Source: an uncultured Gemmatimonadales bacterium (GTDB lineage Bacteria > Gemmatimonadota > Gemmatimonadetes > Gemmatimonadales > GWC2-71-9). Taken from it: a stretch of 64,000 bases of DNA. This document shows positions 19,881 through 29,454 of this stretch, piece after piece. The DNA lies in NCBI GenBank assembly GCA_963771275.1, contig CAVYSW010000003.1:32001-96000 (forward strand), written 5' to 3'. Position numbers and translations under genes: made by a program. Within the stretch, counting starts at the first letter, position 1; each line of letters begins with the position of its first letter. The notes beneath the pieces are model-generated. The model saw only the letters and a list, made by a program, of their open reading frames with translations. It had not been told where the DNA came from and searched no databases.

Positions 19881-21824
19881 GTGATGGTCCGACTGTTCTG
19901 CAGCGCGACGTGCGACACGGCTCCGATCGCCGCGGCGCTGGCGGCCGACCGGGTCGAGGTCGTGCGCCTGGCGACGCCCGGTGCACTGGTGGCCCGCGAC
20001 GTCCCGACCGTCCTGCTGCTTGCTGCCGCGGACCGGGCCGGGATGCCACGCGAGCTGCTCGGGCGGTTCGTCGCGGCGGGCGGCTCGGTGGTGGCGCTGG
20101 GCGCGGCCGGCGAGCGCGACCTGCCCGATACCCTCGCGGCCGACCTCGTGGCGGCGTTCCTTCCTCTTCCAACCGGCCCGCGGCACCTGCTCGTGGCGCT
20201 CCGGTCGGCGTTCCGCGAGGCCACGGCCCGCGCCGAGGCGGCCCGGACGGGCCGCGAGATCGAGAGCCGCACGCGGGAGCTGTCCGAGCTGTCGCGCATC
20301 GGGATGGCCCTGACCACCGAGCGCGACCTCGACACGCTGCTCGCGCTGATCCTGTCGCAGGCCCGCGCCATGAGCGACGCCGACGCCGGGAGCCTGTACC
20401 TCGTCGAGCGGCCGGACGACGGGCCCAGGCGCTTGCGCTTCAAGCTCGCGCAGAACTTCTCGCGGCCCGAGATCCCGTTCGTCGACTTCACAATCCCGAT
20501 CGACAAGGCGAGCATCGCGGGCTACGTGGCGACCACCGCCGCCCCGCTCGTGCTGGAAGACGCCTATCACCTGCCGCCCGGGGTCGAGTTCGCCATCAAC
20601 CGGTCCCTCGACGAGAAGTACGGCTATCGCACGAAGTCGCTCCTCACGCTGCCGATGAGCGATCACAAGGACCAGGTGATCGGGGTCCTGCAGCTGATCA
20701 ACCGCAAGCGCCGGTGCGAGACGAAGCTCGCCACGCCGGCCGACTTCGAGCAGGAGGTCGTGAGCTTCAGCCCGCGCACGGTGGAGCTGGTGTCGGCGCT
20801 CGCCGGCCAGGCGGCGGTGTCGATCGAGAACAGCGAGCTGTACCAGAGCATCGAGCGGCTGTTCGAGGGCTTCGTGCGGGCAGCCGTGACCGCCATCGAG
20901 CAGCGCGACCCGACGACGTTCGGCCACTCCGGGCGCGTCGCGGCGATGACTGTCGGGCTCGCCGAAGCGGTGGATCGGGCGAGCGACGGCAGCTACCGGC
21001 ACGTGCGGTTCACGCGCGCGGAGCTGCGCGAGATCCGCTACGCCGGCCTGCTGCACGATTTCGGGAAAGTCGGCGTCCGCGAGCAGGTGCTGGTGAAGGC
21101 CAAGAAGCTCTACCCACCCGACCTGGCGCTGGTGCGCCAGCGCTACGCGTTCATCCGCCGCACCGCGGAGCGGGACTTCGACCGGCAGCGCGCCGACTAC
21201 CTCGAGCGCTGCGGCACGCATGACTACGCGGCGTTCGTCCGCACGCTCCGGCGAGAGCACGACGAGCGGTTGGCCGAGCTCGATCGCTTCATGCGCCTCG
21301 TGGCCGACTCGAACGAGCCCACGGTGCTGCCGGAGGGGAGCTTCGAGGACCTGCTGCACCACGCCGAACGGACGTACGAAGACCTCGAAGGGCGGAGCCA
21401 GCCCTACCTGACCGACGACGAAGTCCGCTTCCTCACGATCCGGAAGGGCAGCCTCGACGAGCAGGAGCGGCTCGAGATCGAGAGTCACGTCTCGCACACG
21501 TACCGCTTCCTGCTGCAGATCCCGTGGACGAAGGAGCTGCAGGACATCCCGCACATCGCGTACGGGCATCACGAAAAGCTCGACGGCGGCGGGTATCCCC
21601 GGCGGGTCCGGGGCGATCAGATCCCGATCCAGACCCGGATGATGACGATCGCCGACATCTTCGACGCCCTGACGGCGGCGGACCGCCCCTACAAGCGGGC
21701 CGTGCCGGCGCCCCGGGCGCTCGCCATCATCGAAGAGGAGGTGCGGGCCGGAATGCTGGACGGGGAATTGTTCCGGCTGTTCGCCGACGCAAGGGTGTAT
21801 GAGCGGGCGGCCGAGACGACCTAG
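19881..21824 (+). CDS. GAF + HD-GYP domain cyclic-dinucleotide phosphodiesterase
   Basis: GAF (ADAGSLYL, YRTKSLLTLPM, GVLQLINRK); GHSGRV, LLHDFGKVG, HHEKLDGGGYP, IADIFDALT. Confidence 0.93.
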   Translation: MMVRLFCSATCDTAPIAAALAADRVEVVRLATPGALVARDVPTVLLLAAADRAGMPRELLGRFVAAGGSVVALGAAGERDLPDTLAADLVAAFLPLPTGPRHLLVALRSAFREATARAEAARTGREIESRTRELSELSRIGMALTTERDLDTLLALILSQARAMSDADAGSLYLVERPDDGPRRLRFKLAQNFSRPEIPFVDFTIPIDKASIAGYVATTAAPLVLEDAYHLPPGVEFAINRSLDEKYGYRTKSLLTLPMSDHKDQVIGVLQLINRKRRCETKLATPADFEQEVVSFSPRTVELVSALAGQAAVSIENSELYQSIERLFEGFVRAAVTAIEQRDPTTFGHSGRVAAMTVGLAEAVDRASDGSYRHVRFTRAELREIRYAGLLHDFGKVGVREQVLVKAKKLYPPDLALVRQRYAFIRRTAERDFDRQRADYLERCGTHDYAAFVRTLRREHDERLAELDRFMRLVADSNEPTVLPEGSFEDLLHHAERTYEDLEGRSQPYLTDDEVRFLTIRKGSLDEQERLEIESHVSHTYRFLLQIPWTKELQDIPHIAYGHHEKLDGGGYPRRVRGDQIPIQTRMMTIADIFDALTAADRPYKRAVPAPRALAIIEEEVRAGMLDGELFRLFADARVYERAAETT

Positions 21825-22032
21825 GCGCTCTCTGGCCCGGGCGGCCGTTCTCCCCTAGCTTGGCGTGAGGAGCCTCCCAGCCGGGTCTCCCGCGACCGCG
21901 GTGCCGCCCCCGGAACCGGCGCGTTGGCCCATGGCGCGCGCCACCCGGCCGTCGCGGCGCTTCCCGGCGGGTCCTCCCACCCAGCACCACGCCACCACCC
22001 GTCGAGGCGGCCTGCGCCGCGTGGAGGTTCGC

Positions 22033-22803
22033 ATGGCACTTGGCAGCTCGAGCTTGACGCTCTCCGCGTCCGTCGGCGAAAAGGGCAAGAACCACCATGA
22101 GGACGTGGTCAAGGTCCAGGACGTCCTGAACGCCATCCCGCCGGCCGGCGGCGGCCAGGCCGTCCTGCTGTCCGTCGACGGCGTCGCGGGGCCCAAGACC
22201 CGGAAGGCCATTCAGGAATTCCAGCTCGCGCACTTCGGCTGGAAGATCGCCGACGCCCGCGTGGACCCCGACGGCAAGACGTGGGAGCGCATGGTCACCC
22301 TCCTCGCCGTGTACGGCGGGACGGAATGGAGCATCAAGCGCGTGGAGCACGAGTGGATCGCCGGCAAGCCGTTCCGGACCTCGGAATCACGCGACCGCTT
22401 CTACGAGGTGCGCGACAAGACCGGCCAGCAGCGTGCGTTGTTCCTGTTCTCGACCCCCGACCAGTACGCGCTGGGACGCAATCCCGATCTCCCGGATCTG
22501 CAGTCGATGGGGGAGTACAACTGGTTCCGGACCGACTCGGCCTGCAGCGTGTACGCGTTCGGGGGCACCGGGTCGCACTCGGAGATCTCCCCGGATCCGG
22601 ACCACGCCACGATCTCGTTGCGGATCAAGCCGGTGCGGCCGGATCTCACGGCCGGCCTGCACCTCCATCTCGAGGTAAAGCACTTGTGGATCGTGCCCAC
22701 CAGCACGCCCGGCGTGCGGAGCATCGTCGAAGGCGCCCTGCGCTTCGTCCGGTCGGACTGCGTCGACCCCGGCGCGCGCAAGCGCGCCGCCAAAGCCTGG
22801 TAG
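22033..22803 (+). CDS. Peptidoglycan-binding-domain protein with unknown C-terminal domain
   Basis: GGAGG RBS; SASVG..G.N..EDV..VQ..LN...VDGVAGPKT..AI..FQ...D.RVDP.GKT (PGBD-like). Confidence 0.75.
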   Translation: MALGSSSLTLSASVGEKGKNHHEDVVKVQDVLNAIPPAGGGQAVLLSVDGVAGPKTRKAIQEFQLAHFGWKIADARVDPDGKTWERMVTLLAVYGGTEWSIKRVEHEWIAGKPFRTSESRDRFYEVRDKTGQQRALFLFSTPDQYALGRNPDLPDLQSMGEYNWFRTDSACSVYAFGGTGSHSEISPDPDHATISLRIKPVRPDLTAGLHLHLEVKHLWIVPTSTPGVRSIVEGALRFVRSDCVDPGARKRAAKAW

Positions 22804-22819
22804 CGTTGACGCAGCGGGG

Positions 22820-24343
22820 TCAGCCGCCCCAGCCGCCCCCGCCCGGGGTCTCGACCCGCAAGACGTCGCCGGGCGCAAGCCCGAGCGCCGCGCGGCCGCC
22901 GACGGGCTGCCCGTTGAGCGTGTTCGCGCCGGGCGCGCCCGCACCGCCACCCTCGCTGCCCTGCGGCGCATGCCGCCGGCGTTCGGTGATCAGGCTCGCC
23001 TCGAGGGGCGCCAGCGCCTCATACTCCCGGATCACGCCCGCGCCACCCGCATGGCGGCCCGTGCCGCCCGAGCCGCGCCGCAGCGCGTAGGCGCGGATGC
23101 GCATCGGGTGCTCCAGCTCGAACACCTCGACGGGCGTGTTCCGCGTGTTCGACATCCCGACGTGCACGCCCGACGGGCCCGCGCCGCGCGCCGACGCGCC
23201 CTGCCCGCCCCCGAGCGTTTCGTAGTAGGTCCAGCCCGCGCCGCCGAATACGACGTTGTTCATGGTGCCCTGGCCCTGGGCCGGCACCGCCGCGCGGCCG
23301 GCCAGCGCCAGGAACAGCAGGTCCGTGATGCGCTGGGACGTCTCGACGTTCCCGGCCACCACGGCGGCGGGCCATCGTGCGTTGACCAGGGAACCCGCGG
23401 GCGCGGCGACGGTGACGGCCCGCTGGACGCCGCCGTTGGTGGGGATGTCGTCCTCGACCAGGCAGCGCACCACGAACAGCGCCGCCGAGCGCGTCACGGA
23501 GATCGGGCAGTTGACGTTCCCCGGCACGGCGGGTGCCGTGCCGGCAAAGTCGCAGTGGATCCGGCCGCCGGTCGCCGTGACGGCCACCCGCAGCTCGATA
23601 TCCCGCTCGGTCACGCCGTCGCCCTCGAGCCAGTCGCGCGCCTCGTACCGCCCGTCGGGCACGCGCGCGCGGAGCGCCGCCACCGTGCGGCGCTCGGCGT
23701 AGTCGAGCAGATCGCGCGCGGCGCCTTCGACGTAGGGGCGCCCCCACCGCGCGACCAGGGCCCGATACCGGTCGGCGCCCCGCTCGCAGGCCGCGAGCTG
23801 GGCGGCGAGGTCGCCGCGTCGCATCGCCGGCGTGCGCACGTTGGCGAGCAGCAGGCGCTCGATCGCGGGATCCGGCACGCCGTCCCGCGCCCAGCGCACC
23901 GGCGGGATGACCAGACCTTCCTCGAAGATCGAGCGCGAGTCGGGCGGCATGCTGCCCGGCCGCGCGCCACCCACGTCCGAATGATGCGCCCGGACCACGG
24001 TGTAGCCGGCCATTGCGCCGTCGAGCGCGATCGCGTGCACGAGCGTGAGGTCCGGGAGATGCGTGCCGCCGGTGAACGGATCGTTGAGGATGAACGTGTC
24101 GCCCGGACGCGGCGCCAGCGCGCGGACCGCGGCCACCGCCTCGGGCATGGCGCCGAGATGGACCGGGATGTGCGCCGCCTGCGCGACCATCGCGCCGGCG
24201 GGGTCGAACAGCGCCGCCGACGAGTCACGCCGCTCGCGGATGTTGGGCGAGAGCGCGCTCGCCACCAGCACGGCGCCCATTTCCTCGGCGACGCCCGCGA
24301 ACGCGTGCGCCATCACCTCGAGGCCGATTGGATCGAGGGTCAT
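22820..24343 (-). CDS. Hydantoinase B / oxoprolinase family subunit
   Basis: SPNIRERRD.S, HIPVHLG, NDPFTGGTHLPD, HHSDVGG, GNVETSQR, ETPGGGGWG. Confidence 0.95.
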   Translation of the reverse strand: MTLDPIGLEVMAHAFAGVAEEMGAVLVASALSPNIRERRDSSAALFDPAGAMVAQAAHIPVHLGAMPEAVAAVRALAPRPGDTFILNDPFTGGTHLPDLTLVHAIALDGAMAGYTVVRAHHSDVGGARPGSMPPDSRSIFEEGLVIPPVRWARDGVPDPAIERLLLANVRTPAMRRGDLAAQLAACERGADRYRALVARWGRPYVEGAARDLLDYAERRTVAALRARVPDGRYEARDWLEGDGVTERDIELRVAVTATGGRIHCDFAGTAPAVPGNVNCPISVTRSAALFVVRCLVEDDIPTNGGVQRAVTVAAPAGSLVNARWPAAVVAGNVETSQRITDLLFLALAGRAAVPAQGQGTMNNVVFGGAGWTYYETLGGGQGASARGAGPSGVHVGMSNTRNTPVEVFELEHPMRIRAYALRRGSGGTGRHAGGAGVIREYEALAPLEASLITERRRHAPQGSEGGGAGAPGANTLNGQPVGGRAALGLAPGDVLRVETPGGGGWGG

Positions 24344-26271
24344 GCGGGCGGTCCGTCGCGCTCGACGACCAGCGCACCGGTGGGGTGCACGCAGCCGGTC
24401 CACCCTTCTTCGATGCGGACGGTCGCGTCCTCGAGTGCGATCGTGGTCGGGCCGTGCAGGCGGGTGCCCGGCCCGAGCCCGCCTGCGCCACGCTCCAGCC
24501 CCCGCGCGCGTTCGCCGATCTTCACGGCGGCCGCCCGGCGCGTTCCGACGACGCGCAGGTTGACGATCTCCACCGGGCGCGCGCGGTCGGCGTGCCCAAA
24601 GCGCTCCGCGTGAAGCGCATGAAACGCGACGGCGGCCGCGGCCGGGCCGTCGTCCGCACCAACGCTGATCTCATACCCCTGGCCGGGGTAGCGACAGTCG
24701 GCGACCCGCGCGAGCGTGGCGCCGGGCAGCTCGGCGCGCACGATCGCGGCGACCGGCGCGCAGAGCGCGGCCCACTCGCGCGCCGCGATCTCGTGGGACG
24801 GCCGGTGCACCGAGGCGACGTGCTCGACCCGCGCGGGCGCGGCGGCCAGCCCCAGCGCCGACAGCACCCCCGGGTGGGGCGGCACGAGCGCCCGGCGCAT
24901 CCCGAGGCTCGCGGCGAGGCGACAGGTGAACAGCGGCCCGGCGCCGCCGAACGGCACGAGCGTCATGGCGCGCGGGTCGAGCCCGCGCTCGACACTCACC
25001 CGCCTGAGCGCGCGCACCATCGTGGCCACGACGATCTCCATGATCCCGGCCGCGCAGCGCCGGGTGTCCAGCCCCGCGCGCGTGGCGACGCGTTCCACGG
25101 CGCGCCAGGCCGCATCGGGATCGAGCCGGAGGGCCGCCGCGAGCGGCGTCGCCGGGTCGAGCCAGCCGAGTACCAGGGCGGCGTCGGTGACGGTGGGCTC
25201 GCTCCCGCCACGGCCGTAGCACGCCGGACCGGGGGCGGCGCCGGCGCTGTGCGGGCCCACCTTCAAGGCGCCGCCGGCATCGACCCACGCGATGCTCCCG
25301 CCACCGGCGCCCACCGTTTCGATCAGGACGTGCGGCAGCGCGAGCGGGACGCCGCCCACCTCGCCGGCGGTCTGCATCAGCGCCTCACCGGCCAGCACGA
25401 CACTCGCATCGGCGCTCGTCCCGCCCATGTCGAGCGTCAGCAGATCGCGCTCGCCCACCGCCTGGCCGAGCAGGCGGGCGCCCTCCACGCCACCGGCCGG
25501 CCCCGAGAGCGCGAGCGCCGTGGCGCGCCGGCACGCTTGGGCCGGGGCGAGCGTCCCGCCGTTCGACGCCATGACGCGCAGCTCGGCGACCCCGCGGCGG
25601 CGGGCCTCCTCGCCGAGCCGCTCGACGTAGCCCGCCACCACCGGGCGGAGGTACGCCTCCGCCGCGGTGGTGCCGAACCGCTCGTACTCCCGGAATACCG
25701 GCAGCAGGTCGGCGCTCGCGACGACCGGCGTGCCCGGCAGCGCCGCGGCGAGCCCGTCCGCGAGCGCGCGCTCGTGGGACGGATCGCGGAAGCTGAACAA
25801 CAGGCCCACCGCGACGGCGTCCGGCCGCAGCGCCTGCACCCGTGCGACGACCCGCCGCGTTTCCGCCGCGGTGAGCGGCAGCACGACACCGTCCGCTCCG
25901 ATCCGCTCCGCGACCCCGATCACGTCGCCGCGGTCCACGACGGGCGGCGGGTGATCGGCGCTGAGGTCGTACAGGCTGGCGCGCTCCTGGCGGCGGAGCC
26001 AGAGCAGGTCTTCGAACCCCGCCGTCGTGACGAGCGCGACTCGCCCGCCACGCCGCTCGAGCAGCGCGTTGGTCGCGACGGTCGTGCCGTGCAGCAGGGC
26101 GCCGATCGCCGCGTCGCCCAGGAGGTCCACCGCGTTCCACAGGGCGCGGGCCGGATCGTCGGGCGTGGACGGGACCTTGACCAGGCGCAGTCCGCCGTCG
26201 GCGTCGAGCGCGACCAGATCCGTGAACGTCCCCCCGACGTCCACGCCGAGCCGGGTCAGCTCCGCCGCCAC
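24340..26271 (-). CDS. Hydantoinase A / oxoprolinase family subunit
   Basis: GVDVGGTFTD, HGTTVATNALLE, SGPAGG, DMGGTS, GAGGGSIA, FGGAGPL. Confidence 0.95.
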   Translation of the reverse strand: MAAELTRLGVDVGGTFTDLVALDADGGLRLVKVPSTPDDPARALWNAVDLLGDAAIGALLHGTTVATNALLERRGGRVALVTTAGFEDLLWLRRQERASLYDLSADHPPPVVDRGDVIGVAERIGADGVVLPLTAAETRRVVARVQALRPDAVAVGLLFSFRDPSHERALADGLAAALPGTPVVASADLLPVFREYERFGTTAAEAYLRPVVAGYVERLGEEARRRGVAELRVMASNGGTLAPAQACRRATALALSGPAGGVEGARLLGQAVGERDLLTLDMGGTSADASVVLAGEALMQTAGEVGGVPLALPHVLIETVGAGGGSIAWVDAGGALKVGPHSAGAAPGPACYGRGGSEPTVTDAALVLGWLDPATPLAAALRLDPDAAWRAVERVATRAGLDTRRCAAGIMEIVVATMVRALRRVSVERGLDPRAMTLVPFGGAGPLFTCRLAASLGMRRALVPPHPGVLSALGLAAAPARVEHVASVHRPSHEIAAREWAALCAPVAAIVRAELPGATLARVADCRYPGQGYEISVGADDGPAAAAVAFHALHAERFGHADRARPVEIVNLRVVGTRRAAAVKIGERARGLERGAGGLGPGTRLHGPTTIALEDATVRIEEGWTGCVHPTGALVVERDGPPA

Positions 26272-27794
26272 CAGGCGAACCCCAGCACCATGACGGTCCC
26301 GACCAGGCTCAGCAGGGCGACCCAGTCTCCCAGTCGCGTGTACACGGTCCTGGCGTCGCTCGTCACCAGCTCGCCCAGGACGAAGCGCCGCTCACCCAGG
26401 CGGCTGCGGTCGTAGATCCTGCCCAGGGGATCGACGAAGCCGGAGATCCCCGTGTTGGCCGCCCGGGCGATGCCGACCCGGTTCTCGATCGCCCGCATCA
26501 CAAGGTGGGCCAGATGCTGCCGCGGCGCCGAGGTCTCGCCGAACCACGCGTCGTTGGTGATGTTGACGAGGAAGTCCGCCCCCATGGAGCGGTAGCGCCG
26601 CGCACGATCCTCGAATGCGGACTCGTAGCAGATGATCACGCCGAACCGGCCGATGCCGACCTCGAACAACGCGCCGGGCGCTCCCACCGCGAACCCGCCG
26701 AAGAACGGCAGGTCGAACCAGCGCGGGTTGACGAACGGCACGCGCTCGGTGATCGGGACGAGATAGTGCTTGTGGTAGACCGGCTGGCCGACGCGCGACC
26801 CCGTGGAATCGAACAGGAACGCCGCGTTCCAGTAGTCCAGTTCCAGCCGGCCGGGGCCATACCGCTGGGAATCCACGGCGCCCACCAGGAACGGCGTATC
26901 GTGCTCGCGCGCCAGCGCGCCGATCCGCCGCTCCCACGGCGGGTAGGGAAACCAGACCGGCACCGCAGCCTCGGGCCAGAGCACCAGGGCCGGCCGGCCG
27001 GCGGCGAGCGCGTCGCTGGAGAGCTGCAACAAGTCGTCGAAGATGCCCTGGGCGAGGTCCGCGTCCCACTTCTCGTGGAAGCTCACGTTGGGCTGCACGA
27101 GGGCCACGGTCCCCACGGGCCGGATCGGCGTCGTGCGCTCGCGCCACCGTCCGTACGCCAGCGCGAGCAGCACGCCGAGGCCGACGACGACCAGCCGCAG
27201 CACGGCGCGCGGCCGCTTCCGGTCGAGCCAGGCCGTGGCGAGTGCGGCGTTGGCCAGCACGAGCAGGAACGTCACGCCGCGAGCCCCGATCACGTCCGCG
27301 ATCTGCACCAGCGTGGGGTATCCCGTGAGCGAGGTGCCCAGCCCCAGCCACGGGAAGCGGATGTCGCCCTGGTGGCCGATGCACCACTCGACCGCCGTCC
27401 ACAGCAGCGGGAGTACCACGACGACCGAGAGCTTCGTGCGGCGCGTGACCCAGCCGGTGAGCGCGAACAGCAGCGCGTTGTACAGCGCCAGGATGAGGAC
27501 GGTCGCGGCATAGCCGGCGGCCGACAGGCGGGTGAAATGCCACAGGGCCACGATCATCCAGTAGAGCACGAGTCCCTGGGACAGCAGGCCGTACCACAGC
27601 CCCTGCACCAGGTGGCGCCGTACCGGGCGCGCGTCGCTCTGTGCCGCGTGCAGCAGCCACACGACCGGGATCACGCAGACGAACGAGGGGACCAGCAGAT
27701 GGAACGGCGGGTAAGCCAGCACGAGCAGCAGCGCGCCGGCCGCGACGAGGGGCCAGTCGCCCCGCGGCAGCGCCAGGCCCTTGAGCCACCTCAC
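26256..27794 (-). CDS. lnt: Apolipoprotein N-acyltransferase
   Basis: Multi-TM N-terminus; WPEAA, YHKHYLVP, ICYES, ITNDAWFG, RAIENR, RAANTGIS. Confidence 0.95.
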   Translation of the reverse strand: MRWLKGLALPRGDWPLVAAGALLLVLAYPPFHLLVPSFVCVIPVVWLLHAAQSDARPVRRHLVQGLWYGLLSQGLVLYWMIVALWHFTRLSAAGYAATVLILALYNALLFALTGWVTRRTKLSVVVVLPLLWTAVEWCIGHQGDIRFPWLGLGTSLTGYPTLVQIADVIGARGVTFLLVLANAALATAWLDRKRPRAVLRLVVVGLGVLLALAYGRWRERTTPIRPVGTVALVQPNVSFHEKWDADLAQGIFDDLLQLSSDALAAGRPALVLWPEAAVPVWFPYPPWERRIGALAREHDTPFLVGAVDSQRYGPGRLELDYWNAAFLFDSTGSRVGQPVYHKHYLVPITERVPFVNPRWFDLPFFGGFAVGAPGALFEVGIGRFGVIICYESAFEDRARRYRSMGADFLVNITNDAWFGETSAPRQHLAHLVMRAIENRVGIARAANTGISGFVDPLGRIYDRSRLGERRFVLGELVTSDARTVYTRLGDWVALLSLVGTVMVLGFAWWRRS

Positions 27795-28798
27795 ACCGCG
27801 ACCGTGCGGCCTTCCTGGGCGGATCGGTAGACCGCCTCCATGGTGCGGTGCAGCTGCACCTGGTCGTCGAGCGGCGGCGGCGGCACCTCGTCGCGCACAG
27901 CCGCGAGGAACGTGGCCCACTCGGCGCGGTACGACGCCGGCACCAGGTTCTCCCGCCCCGTGCCGCTCGGGGGCGTCACGTTCATCGGCGTGCCGTGCAT
28001 TTCCTTGTACACGCCGAGCGGGGGAATCCGCGCCGACCCGCCCTCCCCGAGGACGTCGAGCCAGACGCGCTCGTGATCGCCGACATAGCGCCAGGCGACA
28101 TCCACGAAGATCGAGTAGCCACCCTCGCAGAGGACCAGCGCGCACCCGGCGTCCTCGACGCCGCTCCCGGCGCGATGCAGGCTCGCCGTCGCCTGGAGCG
28201 GCTTCAGGTCCTCCGCGAGCCAGAGCCCGAGATCGACGAGGGGCAGGCCGAGATCGAACAGCGCGCCACCCCCCGCTTCCGGCGGGTGCAGCCGCCAGCC
28301 GAGCTCGGTGCGTGACGGGCGGAACTGGTACCAGCCGGCGCGCATGGCGCGCAGCGCCCCCAGCTCCTTGCCATGCACGAACGCCCGCACGGCCTGCACG
28401 TCGCCGCGGTAGCGGTGGTTCATCCCCACGAGGAGGGCCCGGCCCGCCCGCCGCTGGGCGGCGAGCACGCGCTGCGCGCCGGCGCTGGTCAAAGCCAGCG
28501 GCCGCTCGCACAGCACCGCCGCCCCGGACGCGAGCGCGGTCAGCGAGTGGATCTCGTGGAAGTGATTCGGCGTGGCGATCACGACCGCGTCGGGGCGCGC
28601 GATCCGCAGGAGATCCTCGATGTCCTCGAAGATGTCCCGCACCGCGAACCGCTTGGCGAGCGCCCGCGCCTTGGCCTGATCGCTGTCACAGATCCCGACG
28701 ATGTGCACGTCGTCGCGCGCGGCGAGCGCCGGCAGGTGGGCGACCTGGGCGACCGCGCCGACGCCGATCACGCCGAGCCGGGTCTTGGCGCCCTTCAT
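27791..28798 (-). CDS. Gfo/Idh/MocA family oxidoreductase
   Basis: LGVIGVGAVA, ATPNHFH, VLCERP, GGGALFDLG. Confidence 0.92.
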   Translation of the reverse strand: MKGAKTRLGVIGVGAVAQVAHLPALAARDDVHIVGICDSDQAKARALAKRFAVRDIFEDIEDLLRIARPDAVVIATPNHFHEIHSLTALASGAAVLCERPLALTSAGAQRVLAAQRRAGRALLVGMNHRYRGDVQAVRAFVHGKELGALRAMRAGWYQFRPSRTELGWRLHPPEAGGGALFDLGLPLVDLGLWLAEDLKPLQATASLHRAGSGVEDAGCALVLCEGGYSIFVDVAWRYVGDHERVWLDVLGEGGSARIPPLGVYKEMHGTPMNVTPPSGTGRENLVPASYRAEWATFLAAVRDEVPPPPLDDQVQLHRTMEAVYRSAQEGRTVAV

Positions 28799-29454
28799 GG
28801 ATTCCCCCGCCACGGGAGCCGGTACATCACGCCCCCCCGCAGGGAGACGGCGTTGAGGCCGCTCGCCACCACGCCGCGCGCCTCGAGCGTGACGCGCAGG
28901 GTCGACATGATGGCGATCTCGACCCCCGCCGTGCCGTTCAGCCCCGCGACCACCGCCTGCAAGCCGTCCTCGATGAACGTCCCCTGGATCGCGGCGCCTT
29001 TGGCGTCCCGGATGTGGATACCGAGGCCCACGCCCGCGTACGGGAAGACCGGCCCGGCGCGGACGGGCAGGTATTGCAGATCGAGATCGAGCGCGAAGTC
29101 GGTGAGCGTGACGGCGCCGATATCGATGGTGAAGTCGTTCGTCGGATCGATCACGACGTCGCGCAAACGCGCCTCGAGTCGGGCGATCTCGTCCGCGGCG
29201 TAGTCCGCCCGCAGGAATCCCACGCTCACCAACGGGCGGATGTGCGGGGCGATCCACCCCGCGTCGACGCGGAGCGACGCCGACGCGCGGCGCTCCAGGC
29301 GGTTGCTGAACGTGGCGCCGAGATCGACCCCGAGGCCGGCGAGGCGTAGGCCCTCGTAGCTGAACTCGTCGAGCAGGCCCTGCGCCGCGACCGGCACTGG
29401 GGTCAGCAGGACGAGGAGGGCGGGCAGGAGCAGGAGCCTAGTACGCGCGTGCAA
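28795..29454 (-). CDS. Outer-membrane beta-barrel protein (OmpA/OmpW-like)
   Basis: Signal peptide (VAAQ), PYAGVGLG strand, C-terminal GGVMYRL. Confidence 0.7.
   Translation of the reverse strand: MHARTRLLLLPALLVLLTPVPVAAQGLLDEFSYEGLRLAGLGVDLGATFSNRLERRASASLRVDAGWIAPHIRPLVSVGFLRADYAADEIARLEARLRDVVIDPTNDFTIDIGAVTLTDFALDLDLQYLPVRAGPVFPYAGVGLGIHIRDAKGAAIQGTFIEDGLQAVVAGLNGTAGVEIAIMSTLRVTLEARGVVASGLNAVSLRGGVMYRLPWRGNP

Noticed and set aside
19056..21572. 838-aa minus-strand ORF
   Set aside because: Shadow of the CsgG-like and HD-GYP genes; no motifs.
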